From the NCBI GenBank assembly GCA_002748325.1, contig PDSD01000038.1:4523-68522 (forward strand): 64,000 nucleotides of DNA, written 5' to 3'. The notes under the pieces are model-generated. The model saw nothing but the letters and a program-made list of their open reading frames with translations, was not told where the DNA came from and did not search any database. This DNA comes from Arachnia propionica. Lineage in GTDB: Bacteria; Actinomycetota; Actinomycetes; Propionibacteriales; Propionibacteriaceae. A program made the position numbers and the translations under genes. Below, one piece after another: positions 50,926 to 64,000 of the stretch. How positions within the stretch are numbered: position 1 is the first letter of the stretch; every line of letters starts with the position of its first letter.

Positions 50926-51470
50926 CCAGCAAGACCGATCTGCGTGTCGAAGGCTACGGCACAGTGGACGAAGCAAACAGTGCTATCGGACTCGCAGTTG
51001 CCCTCGGCGGGATACCGGAACGGGTACAGCAGATGCTGGGTCTGATCAGCAACGAGCTGTTCGATCTTGGCGCCGACCTGTCCACCCCGCTTTGCACCAA
51101 CCCGCCCTGGCCACCGTTGCGCATCGGCCAGGAAAACATCGACCGGCTTGAGCAATGGTGCGATGAGCTCAGCGCCGACTTGCCGAAGCTGCGATCCTTC
51201 CTGTTGCCTGGCGGCACCCCAGCAGGTGCCCAACTGCACGTTGCCCGCACCATCACCCGGCGGGCCGAACGGATCGCTTGGCACTGTCTCGAAACGTTCG
51301 GCTCGGACGTTGCTGAAACCACCGGCGAGGGCGGCGTCAACCCGCTGGCGATAACCTACCTAAACCGACTCAGTGACTTGCTGTTCATCATGGCCCGCAC
51401 CGTCAACGGCACAACCGGCGAAGTGCTGTGGGCCCCAGGCGACCAGCGTTACAGCTCCAAATCGTCGTAG
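50922..51470 (+). pseudogene. pduO: cob(I)alamin adenosyltransferase (PduO-type), 5'-truncated
   Basis: SKTDLRVEGYGTVDEANSAIG, LFDLGADL, FLLPGG, RRAER, YLNRLSDLLF present; N-terminal IYTRTGDxGxT motif and a start codon absent. Confidence 0.75.
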
Positions 51471-51892
51471 CAGCTTCCCGGGGGCGCCGCTTCGAACCAC
51501 GACAGCAGCGCCATGGCAGACTCGCGCTTCGCAGCAAAGGTATAGCTTTGCTGCGCTGCTGCCGACTCGATACCCACGATCCACATATCGTGGCCAAGAT
51601 GCAGCATGCTCGGTTCCGCAGTCGTATCGTGACTGGCGGTCGCCCTCACCCGCGACAGCCGCAAAGTAGGCCACGGTTTCAAGGAGAATGCGCCGAACCA
51701 CTCGAAGGAACTGCCGCGCAGCCGAGCCACTCCCATGGCCCAATCCCCGGGCCGCTTACCTAATAGGTCACAGTCGAAAGCTCCAGGCTGCCGGGCTAGC
51801 CACCAGCGGCGGATAAGCCAAGCTGCCACCATCGCGGCAGCCAGCACCACGAGCAACACCGGTAGCCAAGACCAGTCACCCATACCTGACAT
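51449..51892 (-). CDS. DUF2550 family protein
   Basis: N-terminal TM, GAFDC, WF, LLSWFEAAPPG; conserved position after atpC. Confidence 0.85.
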   Translation of the reverse strand: MSGMGDWSWLPVLLVVLAAAMVAAWLIRRWWLARQPGAFDCDLLGKRPGDWAMGVARLRGSSFEWFGAFSLKPWPTLRLSRVRATASHDTTAEPSMLHLGHDMWIVGIESAAAQQSYTFAAKRESAMALLSWFEAAPPGSCYDDLEL

Positions 51893-51930
51893 ACTCCTAA
51901 CTGCCGCCGAATGGTTCCCGGTAACCCGGC

Positions 51931-52338
51931 TTACTTTTTCGCGCGCTCGGCGACTCGGATCTGAGCCTCCAAGATCAACAGTCGACGCTTCTGCTCGTCA
52001 GAGATATCGCCGGCCTCACGTAGCTGCCGCAGTGGCGCGGCTTCCTTAAACACCGCATCCAAGCTAATTTCGCTGGCTATTGCGCCGGCTGGCGTCAAGA
52101 TCCAAACGTGGCCCTGTGAGACCGATAAGAACCCGTCCTCGACGGCAACCACTTCAGTCAGGCCATCGGCAGTGACGATCTCAACCACGCTCGGCACGAG
52201 CGCCGCGAGCAACGGAGAGTGGCCGGGCAAGATCCCGATGTCGCCCTCGACAGTGCGCGCGATTACGTTCACCGCATCGCCTTCCCAAATGACGCGATCG
52301 GCAGTTACCACCTCAAGCTTTAGCGGCTCCCGGGCCAC
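51931..52338 (-). CDS. atpC: ATP synthase epsilon
   Basis: VVTADRVIW, GDIGILPGHSP, GFLSV. Confidence 0.95.
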   Translation of the reverse strand: MAREPLKLEVVTADRVIWEGDAVNVIARTVEGDIGILPGHSPLLAALVPSVVEIVTADGLTEVVAVEDGFLSVSQGHVWILTPAGAIASEISLDAVFKEAAPLRQLREAGDISDEQKRRLLILEAQIRVAERAKK

Positions 52339-52340
52339 GG

Positions 52341-54720
<2,380 letters not shown>

Positions 54721-54724
54721 AGGC

Positions 54725-56359
<1,635 letters not shown>

Positions 56360-56376
56360 TCCAACGGCCTTTCGGT

Positions 56377-57132
56377 CTAGGTAGTGTGCAAGTGGCGTCG
56401 GGCGTCTTGCAGCCGCCGGGCCACGGTTGATTCAAAGATGTTGTCGCCGATGTGAACGCTCATACCGCCCACCACGGCCGGATCGACATGGATTTGGAGC
56501 AAGACTGGCTGGCCAACCTTTGCCGCCAGCGCGTCGCGCAGCCGCTCTTGCCTCGCGGCATCAAGCGGGCGAGCAACAGTGACCTTAGCGATTTGCTGTC
56601 CAGCCAGCTCTGCGGCGCTCTCCTGATATTGCTGCAACAGCCGCAGGGTGCCTTGTCGGCCAGCGGCTCGCTCGATCAGTAGCATCGCCTGCGGGCTGAC
56701 GGCGTTACCGGCCAGGCTACGTGCCAACTCCACCTTCGCCTGCCGAGACGCCCGCGGCTCTCGGAACGCATCAAGCAAGGCGGCCTCGTTGCTGAGAAGT
56801 TCCTGGAAGCTGAATAACTCGGCTTGGACTCGGTCTAATTCCCCGGCTGTCTGCGCTGCTGCGAGCGCGGAACGCACCCCGGCAGCTTCGACACCTTGCA
56901 TCAGCGCTGCCCCGTTGCGCCAATCCTTGCTAACCAACTCAGCTATGGCCACCAGCGTGGCTTTCGATAGCTTCGCCTGCAGCAGCGCGGTAATCAACTG
57001 CTGTTTGCGCTCGCCGGCTGCGCCAGGGTCAGCCAACCTGCGGCACAACTGCGGTTCACGCTCCAACAAGTCGGCGAACTCAAACAGCTCTTTCGGTGCT
57101 GGGCTAGTAGTGGAATCGAGGACCTGGGCCAT
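56377..57132 (-). CDS. atpH: ATP synthase delta (long actinobacterial form)
   Basis: [15 protein letters not shown]; operon position. Confidence 0.92.
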   Translation of the reverse strand: MAQVLDSTTSPAPKELFEFADLLEREPQLCRRLADPGAAGERKQQLITALLQAKLSKATLVAIAELVSKDWRNGAALMQGVEAAGVRSALAAAQTAGELDRVQAELFSFQELLSNEAALLDAFREPRASRQAKVELARSLAGNAVSPQAMLLIERAAGRQGTLRLLQQYQESAAELAGQQIAKVTVARPLDAARQERLRDALAAKVGQPVLLQIHVDPAVVGGMSVHIGDNIFESTVARRLQDARRHLHTT

Positions 57133-57137
57133 CTGCG

Positions 57138-57683
57138 TCAGCCTGCCATTTCTAGCTCGGCTAGGAACCGATCAACGGCCCGATTTGCGCGTTGATCGTC
57201 TGCCAACGATTCACCGACGATCTTGCCAGCCAACGTGGTAGCCAACCCGCCGATGTCGCCCTTTAGCTCAGCCACCAGATGCTCTCGCTCGGCGGCAAGT
57301 TGCTGCTGACCACTGGCCAGGATCCTTGCCTTTTCGCGTTCAGCTTCTTCGCGTGCGGTAGCCAGCAACTGTTCGCTCGCGCTCTTGGCCTCCTCGCGAA
57401 TGGCCGCTGCTTCTTCGCGAGCGGCAGCCATCTTCTGCTGATACTTAGCCAGCATCGCCTCGGCGGCTGCCTCGGCTTCGGCGGCCCGGCGAATACCGCC
57501 CTCGATCTGCTCATGCCGCTGCGCGTAGAGCTTCTCGAAAGCCGGTACGACCGTCTTCCACATCACGAAGAAGATGATCAGCATCAATACGATGCCGACG
57601 ATAATCTCCGAAGGGTGGTGTGGAGTCAGTGGAAACAGCCCAGACTCCAGCACCGTAATTCCCGGTGCCATAGTCGGGATCAT
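57138..57683 (-). CDS. atpF: ATP synthase subunit b
   Basis: N-terminal TM then coiled coil, AGKIVGESL. Confidence 0.94.
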   Translation of the reverse strand: MIPTMAPGITVLESGLFPLTPHHPSEIIVGIVLMLIIFFVMWKTVVPAFEKLYAQRHEQIEGGIRRAAEAEAAAEAMLAKYQQKMAAAREEAAAIREEAKSASEQLLATAREEAEREKARILASGQQQLAAEREHLVAELKGDIGGLATTLAGKIVGESLADDQRANRAVDRFLAELEMAG

Positions 57684-57901
57684 CTCAGGACGAAGGCCAG
57701 GGCGAAGCCGAACAGCGCCAGCGCCTCAACCACTGCGAAGCCGATGAAGGCGGTGCTCATCATTGCGCCACGAGCCTCCGGCTGACGGGCGGTACCGTTG
57801 ATAACGGACGCAAAGATCCAGGCCACGCCAACGGCCGGGCCCAGCGTCGCAACGCCGTAGCCAAGTACGCTGAGGTTACCGGTGAGTTCGAGAAGGGACA
57901 T
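57680..57901 (-). CDS. atpE: ATP synthase subunit c
   Basis: ARQPE loop, VEALAL with the conserved Glu. Confidence 0.97.
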   Translation of the reverse strand: MSLLELTGNLSVLGYGVATLGPAVGVAWIFASVINGTARQPEARGAMMSTAFIGFAVVEALALFGFALAFVLR

Positions 57902-57919
57902 TAGGTTTTCCTTTCAGGG

Positions 57920-58720
57920 CTAGTGCGCCTCGGAGATCGACGACGACACGTATTGGGCAGTCAAGACGGTGAAAACAAAAGCTTGCAAAGCACCGATGAA
58001 CAATTCCAACAAGAGAATGACCAGGCTGAAAATCAGGGATGCCCAACCGGCCAGATTGATCCCGATGTTGTCGGGCAGCTGCACCAGGAAGGCACCGCCG
58101 ACGACGAGGACCAAAACCATCAAGTGACCGGCAAACAAGTTGGCGAAAAGTCGCAGCGCAAGCGTGATCGGCCGGGTAACGAAGGTGGCGATGAACTCCA
58201 GTGGGATGATCAGCGGCCACATGTAAAGCGGGACGCCCTCGGGAACAAGCGACCGGCGAATGAACCCGAGCCCAAACTTGCGGAATCCGGCCCCGACATA
58301 GACCAGCCAGGACAGTAGCGCCAGCGCTAACGGATAGCCGATGTTGGAAAACGTCGGATACATGAAATAAAAGAACTCGCCAAACCAGTTATTCACCAGG
58401 ATGAACGAGAACAGCGCAAGCAGGTAGGGGATGTAGCGGCGATACTCGTGGTGCAGGGTCTCCCGGGCGATGCCGTTGCGGATGAACTCATAGACGTACT
58501 CCGCGAAGAACTGGCCGCGGCCAGGCACCACCTGCAGCTTGCGGCTGGCTAGCAGCCAGAACACGATGACTAGGATCGCCCCCAACACCGCCTGGGCGAA
58601 TGGCTTATTAACCCAGTCCGGTAGCAAGCCAGGTGCAATCGAGCCCCAGACAAAGTCGTGCGAGCCGGGCGGGGTATAGCCTCCCCCGCCGCCGTCTAGT
58701 GGCAACAGCACCATCATCAC
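57920..58720 (-). CDS. atpB: ATP synthase subunit a
   Basis: RPITLALRLFANLFAGH, LQAFVF. Confidence 0.97.
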   Translation of the reverse strand: MMMVLLPLDGGGGGYTPPGSHDFVWGSIAPGLLPDWVNKPFAQAVLGAILVIVFWLLASRKLQVVPGRGQFFAEYVYEFIRNGIARETLHHEYRRYIPYLLALFSFILVNNWFGEFFYFMYPTFSNIGYPLALALLSWLVYVGAGFRKFGLGFIRRSLVPEGVPLYMWPLIIPLEFIATFVTRPITLALRLFANLFAGHLMVLVLVVGGAFLVQLPDNIGINLAGWASLIFSLVILLLELFIGALQAFVFTVLTAQYVSSSISEAH

Positions 58721-58938
58721 AGTTGGCTCCCGTACCGTTTAGCAATCAAATAAACGCTTAACCCCATGCCTAGCACCAGCCCAATTGGCAGCATGAACCA
58801 GGTCCCCAAGAACTGGTCAACGAGCCAACCCAGCCCACCATAGGCAAGCAGCCCTGCCAACAAGTAGCTGAACAACATTGTGCCTTCAGTCGCACCTGGG
58901 CTCCGCTTTGGCGATGAATCGTCATTGAGGTGGCTCAT
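58717..58938 (-). CDS. AtpZ/AtpI-family small membrane protein
   Basis: YLLAG..YGGLGWLVD...GLVLG; upstream of atpB. Confidence 0.85.
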   Translation of the reverse strand: MSHLNDDSSPKRSPGATEGTMLFSYLLAGLLAYGGLGWLVDQFLGTWFMLPIGLVLGMGLSVYLIAKRYGSQL

Positions 58939-58978
58939 GGTGGCTTGAGCCTAGCGGAAAACCCGGCCTAACACACAC

Positions 58979-59413
58979 TCAGCTATCCGATGTGTCGTCG
59001 TAGCTGGCAACGCGCTGTCGCGAAGCGATGAAAGCCAGCCCGGCTAGCCAGGCGCAACAGCAAGCGACTACCCCGATTGCCAGCCAAGACTTGTCGATAG
59101 CTGCCGCCGCCGAGGGCTGTTGCAGCGCCAGAAATGCCACTGCGCCCAATACCGCAGCACGCAGCAGAAACGAGCCGGTAACCACCGCGATCCCAAGCCG
59201 TGGCGGCAACTGCGTTGCCCACAGCTGCGCGAGCTGACCTACCGTGAAAAACAAGATGACGGCCGCTAGCGCGATCGCAACACCAACCATCGCGGTTTTG
59301 CCGGCGACGAGCCAAGCAATGCCGATTAGGGCGCCCCCGACGAGATTTGCGGCAAGTAACCCCCCAAGGAGCTGTTGGCGACCGTAGCGGGCTATCACCC
59401 GGCTGCTATTCAT
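58979..59413 (-). CDS. 4-TM ATP synthase protein I-like membrane protein
   Basis: Four hydrophobic segments; usual position between wecA-like gene and atp operon. Confidence 0.65.
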   Translation of the reverse strand: MNSSRVIARYGRQQLLGGLLAANLVGGALIGIAWLVAGKTAMVGVAIALAAVILFFTVGQLAQLWATQLPPRLGIAVVTGSFLLRAAVLGAVAFLALQQPSAAAAIDKSWLAIGVVACCCAWLAGLAFIASRQRVASYDDTSDS

Positions 59414-60513
59414 GCGGCTGGGCTCCCCCGCCGCCCCGGCCGAAACGTGACCAAAACTAGAGCTATCAGCGCCGCCAGCACCAGGAAGGCGGCCAGGATC
59501 CGGTCTAGGAACACCAGCACTATCAGTCCCACTGAGAAGACCGCAGCCCAGGCGTACATGAGTAGCACCGCCCCGCGATGTGAGTGGCCGCGCTGCAGCA
59601 GGCGGTGATGCAGATGCTGCTTGTCAGCCACAAACCAGTGTTGGCCGCGGTGGGTGCGGCGAATGTAGGCAGCTACCAGATCAAACATTGGTAGGGCTAA
59701 CGCCGCCAGCGGCAGCAGAATTGGCAACAACGATGGCAAAATGTCGCCCTGCTCGGGGCTGAGCACCGATGCGTCCACCTGACCGGTAAATGAGATAGTG
59801 CTCATGGCCATTAGCAGGCCCAACAGCATTGCGCCGGAATCGCCCATGAACATCCGCGCCGGATGGAAGTTGTGCACCAAAAAGCCCAGGCAGATGCCGC
59901 AGGTCGCGACGGTGATCAGGCTAGCTGTCGTCGCCAGCGCCAATCCCTGCTCGTAGGCCAGAAAGTAGGAATAGGAGAAGAAGGCGCCAGCACCGATCGC
60001 GATTACTCCGGCGGCCAGCCCATCCAGCCCATCGACGAAGTTGACGGCGTTGACGCACACAGCGATAAATAGCAGCGTGATCAGGATGCTGGAGGCGTCG
60101 TCCAGGGCCACGATTGAGTCTGGCAATGGGATCCAGTAGATGCGTACCCCCTGCAACACCACGACGCCAGCCGCCAGCGTTTGACCCGCCAGTTTGACCA
60201 TCGCTGGCAGGTCGAACAGGTCATCGAGCACCCCGACGACGGTTATCATGACACTTGCCAACAGCACAGCCAACGCGTCGTGGGAGACGGTGACGTGGCT
60301 GCGCAGGAACGGTAGCTGTGTTGCCAGCAACATCGCTGCGGTCAAGCCACCAAGCATGGCGACACCACCGTAGTAAGGCATCGGCACGCTGTGCACGTCG
60401 CGCCGCCGTACCCGCGCCACAGCACCGGTGCGCAGCGCCACTGCCCGCACCGGCCCTGCCAACAGGTAGGTCACCAGTGCCGCAGTGAGGGCAACCAGCA
60501 GGTAGACGCGCAT
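59410..60513 (-). CDS. polyprenyl-phosphate GlcNAc-1-phosphate transferase (WecA/Rfe, MraY family)
   Basis: GVLDD, NAVNFVDGLDGLA, FMGDSG, DKQHLHHRL; start ATG 60513. Confidence 0.92.
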   Translation of the reverse strand: MRVYLLVALTAALVTYLLAGPVRAVALRTGAVARVRRRDVHSVPMPYYGGVAMLGGLTAAMLLATQLPFLRSHVTVSHDALAVLLASVMITVVGVLDDLFDLPAMVKLAGQTLAAGVVVLQGVRIYWIPLPDSIVALDDASSILITLLFIAVCVNAVNFVDGLDGLAAGVIAIGAGAFFSYSYFLAYEQGLALATTASLITVATCGICLGFLVHNFHPARMFMGDSGAMLLGLLMAMSTISFTGQVDASVLSPEQGDILPSLLPILLPLAALALPMFDLVAAYIRRTHRGQHWFVADKQHLHHRLLQRGHSHRGAVLLMYAWAAVFSVGLIVLVFLDRILAAFLVLAALIALVLVTFRPGRRGSPAA

Positions 60514-60515
60514 AC

Positions 60516-61160
60516 TTAGGTTTCCAAATCGGGACAGAGTTCTAGCAGCTGCGGTGTCGTAACAACACCTTCCCGCAGCAACCGCCCGCTCGCCGAGGAA
60601 CTGAAATCCACAATGGTGGAGGGGGTGACGCCGGGGGTGGGACCAGCATCGAGATAGACCGCCACGCTCTCGCCCAGTGATTCTTCGGCCTGCTGGCAAG
60701 TCGTAGCCGCCGCCTGGCCAGACACGTTCGCTGAACTCACCGCAAGTGGGCCGGTGCGGCGCAACACTTCGCGGGCGTAGTCGCTGTCTGGTACCCGAAC
60801 CGCCACCGTGCCACCGGTCTCCCCCAGCTGTAGCCGTAGCGTTTTGTGGGCTTTAAGAATGAGCGTAAGCGGACCTGGCCAGAACTCCTCGGCTAGCTTC
60901 TCGGCCGAAGTCGGCACCTCAGTCGCCAGCGCGGGCAACATAGCCGGCTCTGCGATCAGCACCGGCGAGGGCATGTCAGTGCCGCGTTTCTTGGCCGCCA
61001 ACAACGCACTCACTGCCTCGGCGGAGAATGCCCCAGCAGCGATGCCGTAGACAGTGTCGGTGGGCATGACCACACACTGCTGATCGGCTATTGCAGCCGC
61101 GGCAGCGGCGTAGGCCTCCTCGGCCTGGGTACGCATATCGAAGCTAACTGGTTGGCTCAC
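60516..61160 (-). CDS. tsaC: L-threonylcarbamoyladenylate synthase (TsaC/Sua5)
   Basis: PTDTVYG, KKR, WPGPLT, SSANVSG, PSTIVD. Confidence 0.93.
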   Translation of the reverse strand: MSQPVSFDMRTQAEEAYAAAAAAIADQQCVVMPTDTVYGIAAGAFSAEAVSALLAAKKRGTDMPSPVLIAEPAMLPALATEVPTSAEKLAEEFWPGPLTLILKAHKTLRLQLGETGGTVAVRVPDSDYAREVLRRTGPLAVSSANVSGQAAATTCQQAEESLGESVAVYLDAGPTPGVTPSTIVDFSSSASGRLLREGVVTTPQLLELCPDLET

Positions 61161-62017
61161 GGCTTAATCCTGCCATGAGGTGCTAAGGCAGTGACGAATC
61201 TGTCTCGGCCAGTCAGGTCCCGGTGGGTGGCTGCCTCCTCGAAGCCGCTCGCTTGGAAAATTTCGCGAACCGCTGCGCCGTGGTCTTCATGGTGTTCGCA
61301 GACCACCAGGCCCCCGGGACGCAGTAGCCGGGCCGAGGTCTGGGCGACGACGCGAACCGCGTCGAGCCCATCCTCGCCGCCGAACAGCGCCTCGGCAGGA
61401 TCCCCGGCCAGCACCTCGGCTGGCAGTTGCGCTGCTTCGGTCAGGGGTAGGTAGGGCGGATTGGCCATCACCACGTCGGCTTTGCCGCTCAGCTCGGGCA
61501 GCGCCTCGGCTATGTCGGCCAACACCAGCTGGATCGGGTGACCGGCAACGTTGTGGCTCAGGTAGGCGAATGCGTCAGCCGATTTTTCTACCGCGATGAT
61601 CGACACATCGCGGGCTTCGGTGGCGACGGCCAGGCTGAGCGCACCACTGCCCGCGCATAGTTCAACCACCAGCGGCACGGCGTCGCAATTATGCCGAAGA
61701 AACCCCAGCACCGGCTCTACCAGCAATTCGGTTTCCGGCCGCGGCACGAACACGCCAGGGCCCACCCGCAGGGTGTTGTACCGAAAGCCCACGCTGCGGG
61801 TTAGGTGCTGCACCGGCGTACCGGCGGCCCGCCGCTGCACCAGGGTCTTGAACTGGGCTTCCTGAGCCGGAGCTACCTCGGTTATCAGCGGCAGCCTCGC
61901 GGTGGTACAGCCAAGTGCGTGCGCCAACAGCTGCCGAGCGTCGACATCCGGGCTGGCGGCGCCAATTAGCCGCAGCCGTTTCGTCGCTTCAGATAGCAGT
62001 TGACGCGTCGCGCTCAC
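61157..62017 (-). CDS. prmC: release factor glutamine methyltransferase
   Basis: VPRPETE, ELCAGSG, NPPY. Confidence 0.95.
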   Translation of the reverse strand: MSATRQLLSEATKRLRLIGAASPDVDARQLLAHALGCTTARLPLITEVAPAQEAQFKTLVQRRAAGTPVQHLTRSVGFRYNTLRVGPGVFVPRPETELLVEPVLGFLRHNCDAVPLVVELCAGSGALSLAVATEARDVSIIAVEKSADAFAYLSHNVAGHPIQLVLADIAEALPELSGKADVVMANPPYLPLTEAAQLPAEVLAGDPAEALFGGEDGLDAVRVVAQTSARLLRPGGLVVCEHHEDHGAAVREIFQASGFEEAATHRDLTGRDRFVTALAPHGRIKP

Positions 62018-63081
62018 GCGGTCACATCACCCAAACGATCAGCCAGGTCTTGCTCGGCCAGGGCGTCCAGCAACGCCGTCAGCTCCCCCGCCAGCACCTG
62101 ATCTAGGTTGTGCGCTTTAAAGCCGATTCGATGGTCGGCGATGCGGTTCTCGGGGAAGTTATAAGTGCGGATCCGCTCGGAGCGATCCACCGTGCGCACT
62201 TGCGACTTGCGGGCGGCCGACGCGGACTCGGCCGCTTCGGCCTCAGCCAGGGCAGTCAACCTGGCCCGCAACATCCGCATGGCTGATTCCCGGTTTTGTA
62301 GCTGGGATCGCTCGTTTTGGCAGGCGACCACCACGCCGGTTGGCAGGTGAGTGATGCGCACCGCGGAATCGGTGGTGTTCACGCCTTGTCCCCCAGGCCC
62401 GGAGGATCGGTACACGTCGATGCGCAGATCGTTCTCGTCGATTTCGACCTCGTCGGGTTCGACATCCGGCATCACCAGCACGCCTGCCGCCGAGGTATGG
62501 ATGCGACCCTGCGATTCGGTGACCGGCACGCGCTGCACCCGATGCACGCCGCCTTCAAACTTGAGCCTGCCGTAGGGGCCGACACCGTCAAGGGGATTGC
62601 CTTTGACGACGACCGTGATCGACTTGTAGCCGCCAAGATCGGTTGCTTGTTCGTCTAGTACCTCCATGGACCAGCCGATCTGCTCACAGTGGCGCTGGTA
62701 CATCCGCAGCAGATCACCGGCAAACAGCGCAGACTCTTCGCCGCCCTCGCCGGACTTGATCTCCAGGATCGCCGGCGCATCATCGTTGGGATCGCGTGGC
62801 GCGAGCAGCCTAGTTAGCCGATCTGTCACCTCGACCAATTCGGCATCGATGGCAGCCAATTCATCGGCAAATGACGGCTCTTCAGCCACTAACTCCGCGG
62901 CGGCTTCCCGATCGGCCGTAAGGTGGGCGTGCCGATCAAGATTTTCCACAATCGGCCGAAGTGCTGCGTAGCGTCGCCCGACCTTCCTGGATTTGCCCGG
63001 GTCGGCATGGAGCGCCGGGTCAGCTAGCTGCGTCTCCAGGTCGTGGAACTCCGCCACCAGGCCTGCTGCGGCCTCGAACAT
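62014..63081 (-). CDS. prfA: peptide chain release factor 1
   Basis: [12 protein letters not shown] (PVT), [14 protein letters not shown]. Confidence 0.98.
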   Translation of the reverse strand: MFEAAAGLVAEFHDLETQLADPALHADPGKSRKVGRRYAALRPIVENLDRHAHLTADREAAAELVAEEPSFADELAAIDAELVEVTDRLTRLLAPRDPNDDAPAILEIKSGEGGEESALFAGDLLRMYQRHCEQIGWSMEVLDEQATDLGGYKSITVVVKGNPLDGVGPYGRLKFEGGVHRVQRVPVTESQGRIHTSAAGVLVMPDVEPDEVEIDENDLRIDVYRSSGPGGQGVNTTDSAVRITHLPTGVVVACQNERSQLQNRESAMRMLRARLTALAEAEAAESASAARKSQVRTVDRSERIRTYNFPENRIADHRIGFKAHNLDQVLAGELTALLDALAEQDLADRLGDVTA

Positions 63082-63096
63082 GGTAGAAGAAGCGCC

Positions 63097-63306
63097 CTAG
63101 CTCTTCTTGGCGTAACGGCGCTGGAACCTCGCGACCCGACCACCGGTGTCGAGAATCTTTTGCTTGCCGGTGTAGAACGGGTGACATTCCGCGCACACAT
63201 CAGCGTGCATAACGCCCTTGGCCACCGTGCTTCGGGTGGTGAAATGGTTACCGCAGGTGCACTGCACCTCGGTCTCAACATAGTTAGGGTGTATTCCCTG
63301 TTTCAT
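63097..63306 (-). CDS. rpmE: 50S ribosomal protein L31 (Zn-binding C+ type)
   Basis: [22 protein letters not shown]. Confidence 0.98.
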   Translation of the reverse strand: MKQGIHPNYVETEVQCTCGNHFTTRSTVAKGVMHADVCAECHPFYTGKQKILDTGGRVARFQRRYAKKS

Positions 63307-63329
63307 CGGATGCTCCTTGTTCTACCGGT

Positions 63330-63360
63330 GTGCCGGGTCGCTAACAGCGTGAACCGGCAC
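63330..63360 (-). promoter_or_regulatory. rpmE 5' leader hairpin (probable L31 leader)
   Basis: GTGCCGG-TTCA-CGCT-GTT-AGCG-AC-CCGGCAC stem with internal loop upstream of SD AAGGAG. Confidence 0.55.
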
Positions 63361-63406
63361 CGCCGCACCATTATTCCATTAGGTTGCTAAACCGCCAACT
63401 TGGCGC

Positions 63407-64000
<594 letters not shown>

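Noticed and set aside
56377-57132. Unusually long delta subunit
   Set aside because: Normal for Actinobacteria
57680-57901. Na+-translocating ATP synthase
   Set aside because: The c subunit lacks the Gln and ES/T Na+ ligands (reads VEAL), consistent with H+ coupling

Overview
High-GC actinobacterial chromosome window; gene content and order point to Propionibacteriaceae. It is almost entirely core genome and mostly on the minus strand. In transcription order: rho(partial)-rpmE-prfA-prmC-tsaC-wecA-like, the atp operon, a nucS/mce/DivIVA-coiled-coil block, a pgm/glgB/glgE/glgP/glgX alpha-glucan block, mnmA-metE-like-gatCAB-hisI-dnaE, hisDCBHA, yebC-ruvCAB-yajC-secDF-apt-K+ channel-relA, hisS and aspS(partial). 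I saw no rRNA, tRNA, CRISPR, transposase or phage genes. Four things stand out. (1) A three-gene lipid cluster coupled to hisA (fatty acyl reductase-HAD fusion, DUF2088/LarA-like protein, catalytically degenerate acyltransferase) resembles myxobacterial ether-lipid (elb) genes. (2) hisH appears to start at a non-canonical CTG overlapping the hisB stop. (3) A 5'-truncated pduO abuts a cyclophilin lipoprotein gene head-to-head with no intergenic DNA. (4) A multi-hairpin leader of about 130 nt lies upstream of mnmA. All calls are by eye; no database searches were run.
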